Program-made: the position numbers and the translations under genes
In this document: positions 1 to 7,256 of the stretch, one piece after another
How the letters are laid out: every line of letters begins with the position of its first letter
How positions within the stretch are numbered: the first letter of the stretch is position 1
Notes under the pieces: model-generated
Told to the model about the DNA's origin: nothing
Database searches by the model: none
Seen by the model: the letters and a program-made list of their open reading frames with translations, nothing else
Sequence record: SRR20825006_1783
Direction: 5' to 3' (one strand)
DNA: 44,553 bases

Positions 1-253
1 TGGAGCAGGAGCCACCCACCTCATCCGCTTTGTCCCGCATTGCAGACAGTGACCCACACCGCGCCTAAGGTCCGGGTAGGGGTCAGACCTGCATGACGGT
101 TGGCCCGATATTGCGTGACGCGGCCTGCTGATAGGATTCAGAAAGTCAGCCACATCGCGTCAAAGATGTTCGACATTCGACAATATGACTGCGCGTGTTG
201 TATGGGCTGGCTTCAAAAGGGCGGCAGTCAATGCCTCTTTTGTGGCTTGTGAA

Positions 254-272
254 TAGGTATTTAAAATACTAA
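254..272. promoter_or_regulatory. Candidate NsrR operator upstream of norE
   Basis: TAGGTATTTAAAATACTAA contains a perfect palindromic core GTATTT-A-AAATAC (257-269). It resembles the NsrR consensus gATGyAT-N5-ATrCATc and has a near twin at 1839-1851 next to nsrR. Confidence 0.6.
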
Positions 273-392
273 TACAAAAGAGGGAGCCGGACACAAGAGG
301 GCTGATAAGGGGGCTGACAAAATGATTTGGGAGACACAGAGCAAAATTGCCACCGTTTCGCATCTTTCACTCAGTGAAAGGATGCTGCCCGC

Positions 393-941
393 ATGACCGA
401 TAAAGATGCTTTAGACGCATTGCCCGGCGAATTGTTGATGTGGATTCTGATTGTCAGTGAAGTGCTCGTCTTCGGGGCGGGGCTGACCGTGTTCCTGTCT
501 GTTCGGATCACCGACCCCGAGGGCTTTGCCGCGGCACAGGACATGTTGGATCGCACGGCGGCGGGGATCAACACGATTGTCCTGATCACCAGTGGCTTTC
601 TTGCAGCCTTGGCCAATGCCTTGCGTCAGGGCGGCGCACGGACGAAAGCGCGGTTTTGTCTTGTTGCGGCGGCTTTGCTTGGCGTGGTGTTCCTGTGGAT
701 CAAAGGGGCGGAGTTTGCCTCCAAGGCCGCCAGTGGCATCGTTTGGGACACCCATGTCCTTTTCAATTTCTACTTCATGCTGACAGGATTTCATGCCGCG
801 CATGTCGCGGCCGGTGTCGTGCTGTTGTTGCTCGTTGCCTGGCGCGATCATGTTGACAATATAGAGGACGCCACGGCGTTTTGGCACATGGTTGACCTGA
901 TCTGGGTGCTGCTCTTTCCCGTGATCTATCTTTTGCAATGA
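393..941 (+). CDS. norE: Nitric oxide reductase accessory protein NorE (cytochrome c oxidase subunit III-like)
   Basis: 182 aa hydrophobic protein with COX3-like motifs (LPGELLMWILIVSE, LTGFHAAHV, FWHMVDLIWVLLFPVIY). SD AAGGA upstream; ATGA overlap with the next gene. Confidence 0.88.
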   Translation: MTDKDALDALPGELLMWILIVSEVLVFGAGLTVFLSVRITDPEGFAAAQDMLDRTAAGINTIVLITSGFLAALANALRQGGARTKARFCLVAAALLGVVFLWIKGAEFASKAASGIVWDTHVLFNFYFMLTGFHAAHVAAGVVLLLLVAWRDHVDNIEDATAFWHMVDLIWVLLFPVIYLLQ

Positions 942-1207
942 CACATCGGTCGCTTTATATCGCCTGGGCGCTGCTGGTGGCCCTCAGCTTTGGCTCAACA
1001 GCTCTGTCGGCATCGGGGATCTGGGCGCAATGGCCCGGTGTGGCGGGGGTGGCGGTGATGGCGCTGGCCTGGCAAAAAGCCCGGATCATCCTTGCCGACT
1101 ATATGGGATTGCAGCGGGCCCCAAGGTGGCGGCGCGGGTTCGATGTGTGCTTGACGGGACTATGCCTTCTCATGCTGGCGCTTTACGCCGCACCTCTCGT
1201 GCTGTGA
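938..1207 (+). CDS. norF: NorF (cytochrome c oxidase subunit IV-like small membrane protein)
   Basis: 89 aa, about 3 TM segments, KARIILADYMGL motif, translationally coupled to norE. Confidence 0.8.
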   Translation: MTHRSLYIAWALLVALSFGSTALSASGIWAQWPGVAGVAVMALAWQKARIILADYMGLQRAPRWRRGFDVCLTGLCLLMLALYAAPLVL

Positions 1208-1373
1208 ACGCCAAAGCGCTAAGGCGATCCGGGTAGATCCGAACCGCTTTTCGGAGCGGCATGCCCACGATGGTGACCGAGGCCGATATTCTGGCGGGCG
1301 CGTGCGAGTGGCGGACCGTCTGTGCCATGCCTCAGCGCCGCGCGGTCCGGGCGGTGGTCACGCTCTTGGTGTG

Positions 1374-1787
1374 TCAGAGGGTTTCAGGGCGGTACACACA
1401 ATCGGCCAATGTGCTGCGGTTGAGGTCGGCAACAAAGGCCGCCTCGGCTTGAGTCAGCCGCGCCTTCAACCGGCATTGCGGGGTCAGTGTGCAGGCGTTG
1501 CCGCTGGCCGCGAAGCATTCCACCAGGGCTTGGTCAGCTTCGAGTGTCGCGATCACGTCGCCCAGCCGGATGTTTTCGGGCGGACGGGCCAATGCCGCGC
1601 CTCCGCCCCCTCCGCGCCGGGTTTCCAGATAGCCTGCGGTGGCGAGGGCCGAAATCACCTTGGCCAAGTGATTGCGGGATATTTGGAACTCGTCGGCCAG
1701 GTCCGCCGTGGTGAAGGGTCGGTCAGGGTCGCCTGCCATGCGCATCAAGACGCGCAGGCCGTAGTCGGTGAAGGAGGTGAGGCGCAA
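1374..1787 (-). CDS. nsrR: Rrf2-family NO-sensing repressor, NsrR type
   Basis: N-terminus MRLTSFTDYGLRVLM, wHTH with ISRNHLAKV and RGGGGG, three Fe-S cysteines in LVECF..NACTLTPQCRL. Divergent from an RIC-like gene. TTG start. Confidence 0.82.
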   Translation of the reverse strand: MRLTSFTDYGLRVLMRMAGDPDRPFTTADLADEFQISRNHLAKVISALATAGYLETRRGGGGGAALARPPENIRLGDVIATLEADQALVECFAASGNACTLTPQCRLKARLTQAEAAFVADLNRSTLADCVYRPETL

Positions 1788-1835
1788 GGTCGCAGTCCTG
1801 ATTTGGTAATTGAAGTGCGTATTTGGGGAGTGATA

Positions 1836-1854
1836 TGCGTATTTTAGATACCAA
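1836..1854. promoter_or_regulatory. Candidate NsrR operator in the nsrR/ric divergent promoter
   Basis: TGCGTATTTTAGATACCAA = GTAT-N5-ATAC core, matching the site at 257-269. Half site TGCGTATTT is repeated 20 bp upstream at 1816-1824. Confidence 0.6.
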
Positions 1855-1906
1855 TTTGCTGCGGCCCGCGCAAGGGCTGGGCGATGAGCCTGAGAAAGGG
1901 CCTACG

Positions 1907-2389
1907 ATGAACACTCTTGCCGAAGCGGACGTCCCCCAGGAAACTGGCGCGCTAATCGATCATATTTTGACCCGGTATCATGAAATGCACCGCGCTGACT
2001 TTGCCGCGTTGATGTTGCTGGCGGAGCGGGTCGAGCACGTCCATGAGGGCGATGCGGAGGCGCCCGTGGGTTTGGCACAGGCCCTCGCAACGCTGGCGCA
2101 TGAGATGGAGGATCACATGACCAAGGAGGAAAGAATCCTGTTTCCGGCCATGCGAGACGGCGGGGGCGCGGGGATCGAGCATCCCATAGCGGTGATGCGG
2201 GCCGATCATGACGATCACGCTGAAAACATCGCGCTGATCCGGCAACTGACACACGATCTGACCCCTCCAGAGCATGCCTGCGGATCTTGGCGATCACTCT
2301 ATAGCGGCACGTTGACGCTGTTTGATGATATTGCCGCCCATATCGCGCTGGAAAACGACGTCCTTTTTCCGAGGTTCGAGCGAGCGTAA
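1907..2389 (+). CDS. Hemerythrin-domain di-iron protein, RIC/YtfE/DnrN-like (no N-terminal ScdA_N domain)
   Basis: Motifs LIDHILTRYHEMHR, HMTKEERILFP, PIAVMRADHDDH, PEHACGSWR.LY, HIALENDVLFPR. ATG at 1907 preceded by GAAAGGG; the ORF-track start at 1823 is an upstream extension. Confidence 0.85.
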   Translation: MNTLAEADVPQETGALIDHILTRYHEMHRADFAALMLLAERVEHVHEGDAEAPVGLAQALATLAHEMEDHMTKEERILFPAMRDGGGAGIEHPIAVMRADHDDHAENIALIRQLTHDLTPPEHACGSWRSLYSGTLTLFDDIAAHIALENDVLFPRFERA

Positions 2390-2480
2390 GGGCAATGATG
2401 ACGCTGACAGGCGTTTCGACGCAAGGACGCGGCGCGCGCGCTATCCCTCATGGTTTTCGACGCCCCCGTAACGTCTGTCC

Positions 2481-2650
2481 AAGCTGGCGGCACGGCGTCC
2501 AAAGCCCGGTGTCATCGGCACTGCGTTGTCCGCGACAGGTGATCACAATTCATCCGCACTTCCATCACCCACAACCCCATGGCATCCCGCTTGACCTGAT
2601 CGTGACCGAGACCAAGATCGTGACCAAGACCGGGCTGCTTGCAGAACGGA
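2481..2650 (+). pseudogene. Decayed C-terminal remnant of a 5-formyltetrahydrofolate cyclo-ligase-like gene
   Basis: One frame reads KLAARRPKPGVIGTALSA; after a frameshift the next reads TIHP(HFHHP)QPHGIPLDLIVTE(TKIVTK)TGLLAER, resembling the family C-terminus ..TLAA..P.P..IG......TI.PQPHDIP.D.IVTE.G. No start or N-terminal half; internal duplications. Confidence 0.55.
2598..2633 (+). repeat. 18-bp imperfect tandem duplication
   Basis: GATCGTGACCGAGACCAA followed by GATCGTGACCAAGACCGG. Confidence 0.8.
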
Positions 2651-2659
2651 CCCTTGATC

Positions 2660-3190
2660 ATGAGCATCCATGCAGATGTCAACACCCGCCCTCCGGGCCC
2701 CGGACGGACCGCCGCCGCGCGGCTGGCCTGTGTGCTGATACAGCCGTTTCTGTCCCGCGTCGTCCGTCGGACTGCCGCGCGGCACCCGTCGCTCTTTGCG
2801 CGGCTTGGGCCACACCAGACGACCGATTTCCTGATCGATCCGGTGGAACTGCCTTTCGCGCTGCACCTGCGCCCTGATCCAGAGGCGCTGGTGTTCCGCG
2901 CCGTGCCGCGTGATGCCGCGCCGCACACGGGTGCCGCGATCCGGGGGCGGTTTTTGTTGCTGCTGGAGTTGGTCGATGCCGAACAGGACGGCGACGCAGC
3001 CTTTTTTTCGCGCGATCTGGCGGTGAGCGGCGACACCGAGGCCGTGGTGCGGCTGCGGAATGCGCTCGACGATATCGACGGGTCTCTGGCCGAAGAAACG
3101 GCGGCGATGTTTGGAGCGCCGGGACGGGCCATTCTCGCACGGCTGCGGCGGGCCTATCTCAACGACACCAAAGGACAGGAGTGCATATAA
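2660..3190 (+). CDS. ubiT: SCP2-domain accessory factor for O2-independent ubiquinone biosynthesis
   Basis: HPSLFARLG, FLIDPVELPF, DGDAAFFSRDL.VSGDTEAVVRLRNALDD motifs; TAATG overlap with ubiU. Start taken at ATG 2660. Confidence 0.88.
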   Translation: MSIHADVNTRPPGPGRTAAARLACVLIQPFLSRVVRRTAARHPSLFARLGPHQTTDFLIDPVELPFALHLRPDPEALVFRAVPRDAAPHTGAAIRGRFLLLLELVDAEQDGDAAFFSRDLAVSGDTEAVVRLRNALDDIDGSLAEETAAMFGAPGRAILARLRRAYLNDTKGQECI

Positions 3191-4188
3191 TGAGCCTTGC
3201 CGAACTGATCTGCCCCGCTGGCACCCCCGCCGCGCTGCGGACGGCCGTGGATGCGGGTGCCGACGCCGTTTATTGCGGGTTTCAGGATGCGACCAACGCG
3301 CGCAACTTTCCGGGCCTGAATCTCACGCCTGACGAGCTTGCCGCATCGGTCGTCTATGCTCATGCCCGCGGCACGAAGGTTCTGTTGGCGCTCAATACTT
3401 ATCCGCCCGCTGGCAAGCTGGATCTGTGGCGGCATGCTGCGGATACCGGCGCTCGGTTGGGTGTGGATGCCTTTATCGTCGCCGACATGGGCGTGGCCGA
3501 TTACATCGCCCATGCTCACCCGCAGGTGCGGCTGCACTTGTCGGTGCAGGCTGCTGCCTCGTCGCCTGAGGCAATCCGCTACTATTGCGAAAGTTTCGGG
3601 GTAAAGCGCGTGGTTTTGCCGCGTATTCTGACGATCCCAGAAATCCGCCAGATCCGCAAGGAAATCCCCTGTGAGATCGAGACCTTCATCTTTGGGAACC
3701 ATGGTTTGATGGTCGAGGGACGGTGCAGCCTGACGAATTATCTCACCGGGCAATCGACGAACATGGACGGTGTCTGCTCGCCCGCCTCGGACGTGGAATA
3801 TGTGCGCGATGCCGACGGGTCGATGTCTTCGCAACTTGCGGGGTTCACCATCGACCGGTTCGGTCCAGACGAGAAGGCCGGGTATCCCACGATCTGCAAG
3901 GGGCGCTACACTGCGCCGCACCGACCCGAGGGGTACTATGCCTTTGAGGAACCGGTGAGCCTGAATCTCTCGCGGTTGCTGCCCGAATTGATTGAGGCCG
4001 GGGTCCATGCATTCAAGATTGAGGGACGACAGCGGTCGAAAAGCTATGTCCGGGGTGTTGTGCGGGCCTTTCGTGCGGCGGTGGATGATATCAAGGCGGG
4101 GCGCAAGGCGAATATCGCGGATCTTCTCGCGCTGACCGAGGGGCAGAAGCAGACCCAAGGTGCCTTCGAAACAAAGAAATGGCGGTGA
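3190..4188 (+). CDS. ubiU: U32-family Fe-S protein UbiU (O2-independent ubiquinone hydroxylation)
   Basis: ELICPAGTPAALRTAVDAGADAVYCG, TNARNFPGLN, LHLSVQA, RVVLPR, EGRC, GVCSP, YPTICKGRY, KIEGRQRS. The first canonical Cys appears replaced (see findings). Confidence 0.92.
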   Translation: MSLAELICPAGTPAALRTAVDAGADAVYCGFQDATNARNFPGLNLTPDELAASVVYAHARGTKVLLALNTYPPAGKLDLWRHAADTGARLGVDAFIVADMGVADYIAHAHPQVRLHLSVQAAASSPEAIRYYCESFGVKRVVLPRILTIPEIRQIRKEIPCEIETFIFGNHGLMVEGRCSLTNYLTGQSTNMDGVCSPASDVEYVRDADGSMSSQLAGFTIDRFGPDEKAGYPTICKGRYTAPHRPEGYYAFEEPVSLNLSRLLPELIEAGVHAFKIEGRQRSKSYVRGVVRAFRAAVDDIKAGRKANIADLLALTEGQKQTQGAFETKKWR

Positions 4189-4193
4189 CCAAC

Positions 4194-5105
4194 ATGACGA
4201 AATTGACACTCGGCCCCATCGCCTATCACTGGTCCGCCGAGGCGCGAAGCGACTTTTATGCCCGCATCGCTGACGAGGCCCCGGTGGACGACGTCTATCT
4301 GGGCGAAGTGATCTGTTCCAAGCGCGCGCCCTTTCACGAGGCCGAACTGCCCGCCACGATCGACCGGCTGGAGCGGGCGGGCAAGCGGGTGATCTTGTCC
4401 ACGCTGGCCGAAGTCATGCTCAAACGCGAGCGCAAGGCGACCGACGATCTGGCAGGGATCGACGCGCCTGAGATCGAAATCAACAATGCGGCGGGCCTCT
4501 TTGCGCGGGGCCGGCGTCCGCACCGCATCGGTCCGTTCATGAACGCCTATAACGAGGCAACCATCGGATGGATGGCCGCACAGGGCGCGACCCATGTCTG
4601 CCTGCCGTCCGAAATGCCAGCCCCGGCCATCGCCGTCGCGGCGCGTGCCGCAAGCGATTTGGGGCTTGGTGTTGAGGTACAGGTCTTTGGCCGCGTCTCA
4701 CTCGCCGTCTCAGCGCGCTGCTACCACGCCCGCGCCCATGGCCGGACCAAGGACAATTGCCAGTTCGTCTGCGAAGAAGATCCCGACGGTATGCCACTGC
4801 GCAGCCGTGATGATCGGCCAATCCTGCGGGTGAACGGCATTCAGACCCAGTCTGAGAGTTATCTTGACCTGTTGCCCGAAACCCCGCAACTGGTGGCCGA
4901 CAGGGTCACCCATCTTCGGCTGATGCCGCAGAGGGTGGACATGGTTGCGGTGGCGCAGGTGTTTCGCGACGCGGTGGACGGCAGGTTGTCGATGAGCGAA
5001 GCAGACGCGCGCCTCGCGGCGCTGAGCGGTGATGCGCGCCTCAGCAACGGCTTCTACCATGGTGCGGCGGGCTACCGGCGGATCGCCATGGCGGCACCGG
5101 TCTGA
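4194..5105 (+). CDS. ubiV: U32-family Fe-S protein UbiV
   Basis: LTLGPIAYHW, YLGEVICSKR, SARCYHAR, DNCQFVC, NGIQTQS, NGFYHG; all four cysteines present. Start could be 4179, 4185 or 4194. Confidence 0.92.
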   Translation: MTKLTLGPIAYHWSAEARSDFYARIADEAPVDDVYLGEVICSKRAPFHEAELPATIDRLERAGKRVILSTLAEVMLKRERKATDDLAGIDAPEIEINNAAGLFARGRRPHRIGPFMNAYNEATIGWMAAQGATHVCLPSEMPAPAIAVAARAASDLGLGVEVQVFGRVSLAVSARCYHARAHGRTKDNCQFVCEEDPDGMPLRSRDDRPILRVNGIQTQSESYLDLLPETPQLVADRVTHLRLMPQRVDMVAVAQVFRDAVDGRLSMSEADARLAALSGDARLSNGFYHGAAGYRRIAMAAPV

Positions 5106-5370
5106 CTGCGGGACGAAGTCCACAACTCGATCCCGGCCTTGGCGCAGATATGTGCCTGCACCGGTCCGCGTGCGGTGAATGGCCCACATCATCATGCCTG
5201 TCATGCGCAGAGCATCGACCGGCCCATCCCCCTTTTAACACCTATGCCCATTTCGCGGATTTTGCGCTTGGGTTCGGTGAACTTTATGCGTGCAATATCA
5301 ACTGAGCCCACTTTTCGCTAAGTGGTTATTGTAGACATAGACCCATTTTGCCGTTTAAAAATTCACCAAT

Positions 5371-5433
5371 TTTTACGTTAACTTTCATTTAAATTTGACA
5401 GAGCGAGTCAGTTGCGTCAAGTTTCACGTTAAC
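5371..5433 (+). promoter_or_regulatory. Sigma70-like promoter with flanking 12-bp direct repeats upstream of the aldehyde dehydrogenase
   Basis: Perfect TTGACA at 5395-5400, flanked by TTTTACGTTAAC (5371-5382) and TTTCACGTTAAC (5422-5433) in an AT-rich stretch. -10 element weak. Confidence 0.5.
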
Positions 5434-5501
5434 AATAACGCAAAAGCCAGAGATTCAATCGCTGGCGAAATAACGCACAACGCACCCCTTGGAGGTCAAA
5501 A

Positions 5502-7013
5502 ATGAAAATTGCTGTGCCAGACAGCGCAGTGGAGGCTATCCTCCCGGCTGTCGCCGACTTTTTGAGCGTGCCTAAGATGGTCGTGGGCGGCCAAAGCTGC
5601 GAGGCGCTTTCCGGCCAAACCTTTGCTGTCTACGATCCGGCAACAGGTGGAGAAATCGCTCAGGTGCCCGCGGGTGGTGTCGAAGATGTCAATGCGGCAG
5701 TGGCTGCCGCTCGCACGGCCTTTGAAGGCCCTTGGTCCAACATGAGCGCCATGGCGCGTCAGTCCCTGATGCTCAAGCTCGCGGATCTCATCGAGGAGAA
5801 TGGCGAAGAGTTGGCCCAGATCGAGACCTTGGAAAACGGTAAGAACGTGATGATTTCACGTCTCATCGAGGTGCAATCCTCCGCCGAATACATCCGCTAT
5901 ATGGCCGGTTGGGCGACCAAGATTTATGGACAGACCTTTGACGTGTCCATCGCCATCCCCGAGGGCACAAAATACCAGGCGCAGACCCGCAAAGAAGCCG
6001 TCGGCGTGGTTGCGGCGGTGACGCCGTGGAATTTCCCGCTCAACATGGCCGTCTGGAAAATCGCACCTGCATTGGCGGCGGGCTGTACCGTGGTGTTGAA
6101 GCCTGCCGAGGAAACACCGCTGACCTCGATGTATCTGGCGAAACTTTGCCTTGAGGCCGGGTTCCCTGAGGGGACGGTCAATGTCATTACCGGCACCGGT
6201 TCGGACGTGGGCGCGCCTTTGGTGGCGCATCCTGGGGTCGATAAAGTCACCTTTACCGGCTCGACAGAGACCGGAAAACTCATTGGCATTCAGGCGATGA
6301 AAGACATGAAGCCGGTGACATTGGAATTGGGCGGCAAAGCCCCGATGGTTATGTTCGACGATATGGATCTTGATCTGTTGGGCCCGGCAATCGGCATCGG
6401 TACGATGTTCAATTCCGGCCAAACCTGCACCTCGGGCACGCGGCTTTATATCCAAAAAGGCATCTACGAAAAGGCGCTCGACATCATCGCAGCCATCGCC
6501 GGGAGCCTGCCGATCGGTTCTGGGATGAACCCGGGCAATATGATCAATCCGCTGGTCTCAGCCAAACATCAGGCCCATGTCAAAGCCTGTATTTCCAAAG
6601 CGATCGAGCAAGGCGCAAAGCCCATTCTCAACGGGGCAGCCCCGAATGAGGGCTATTACGTTGCGCCGCAGATTTTTACCGAAACCACTCAAGACATGGC
6701 GATCATGCAGCAAGAGGTGTTTGGTCCGGTGATCTCAGTCACGCCGTTTGGCGACGCCGATGAGGCGATGACCATGGCCAACGATACGATCTATGGGCTT
6801 GGCGCGTCGATTTGGACCACGGATGTCAACAAAGTCATGCGCTACGTGCCGAAACTCAAAGCCGGAACAGTTTGGGTCAATGCCCACAACATCCCCGATC
6901 AAAACATGCCCTTTGGTGGCTTTAAACAATCGGGTGTAGGCCGTGAACATGGCGCAGGCGCACTTGAGAATTATCTCGAAACGAAATCGGTTTGCGTGGC
7001 GTATCCCGCGTAG
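5502..7013 (+). CDS. NAD-dependent aryl-acetaldehyde dehydrogenase (FeaB/StyD/TynC-like)
   Basis: PWNFP, GSTETG, catalytic Glu in TLELGGKAP, catalytic Cys in NSGQTCTSG. Segment YMAGWATKIYGQTFDVSIAIPEGTKYQAQTRKEAVGVV closely resembles phenylacetaldehyde dehydrogenases. SD GGAGG. Confidence 0.88.
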   Translation: MKIAVPDSAVEAILPAVADFLSVPKMVVGGQSCEALSGQTFAVYDPATGGEIAQVPAGGVEDVNAAVAAARTAFEGPWSNMSAMARQSLMLKLADLIEENGEELAQIETLENGKNVMISRLIEVQSSAEYIRYMAGWATKIYGQTFDVSIAIPEGTKYQAQTRKEAVGVVAAVTPWNFPLNMAVWKIAPALAAGCTVVLKPAEETPLTSMYLAKLCLEAGFPEGTVNVITGTGSDVGAPLVAHPGVDKVTFTGSTETGKLIGIQAMKDMKPVTLELGGKAPMVMFDDMDLDLLGPAIGIGTMFNSGQTCTSGTRLYIQKGIYEKALDIIAAIAGSLPIGSGMNPGNMINPLVSAKHQAHVKACISKAIEQGAKPILNGAAPNEGYYVAPQIFTETTQDMAIMQQEVFGPVISVTPFGDADEAMTMANDTIYGLGASIWTTDVNKVMRYVPKLKAGTVWVNAHNIPDQNMPFGGFKQSGVGREHGAGALENYLETKSVCVAYPA

Positions 7014-7020
7014 ACTGCAT

Positions 7021-7051
7021 GGCCCTGTCCCTTTCCCCGAGGGGCAGGGCC
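7021..7051 (+). terminator. GC-rich hairpin just after the aldehyde dehydrogenase stop (terminator or mRNA stabiliser)
   Basis: GGCCCTGTCCCT-N7-AGGGGCAGGGCC, no U-tract. Confidence 0.5.
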
Positions 7052-7256
7052 TAAAGATCCTGTGTGTCTGACACGCAGCTTACCCCGCGAAGCCCCCGCC
7101 ATAGAGGGGTCGCGACAACAGAGAGGAATGATCTGAAGATCGAGATGTACCCTCGGTCGGACGCCTTCCTTGTCACTGCAAAGCTCCCTCCCTCGTGTTG
7201 GCACCGCTGGCACGAACCGCTCTTTCTTTGTCCATTGCCAAGAGGCTCATCTCCCC

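Noticed and set aside
2405-2430. GCGT-TTCG-ACGCAAGG as an NnrR/FNR box for ubiTUV
   Set aside because: Only the right half (CGCAA) matches, and the spacing does not fit TTG-N8-CAA.
2395-2877. 160-aa plus-strand ORF overlapping ubiT
   Set aside because: Not a credible intact gene. Only its middle carries the cyclo-ligase-like remnant; the rest is an alternative frame of ubiT or intergenic sequence.
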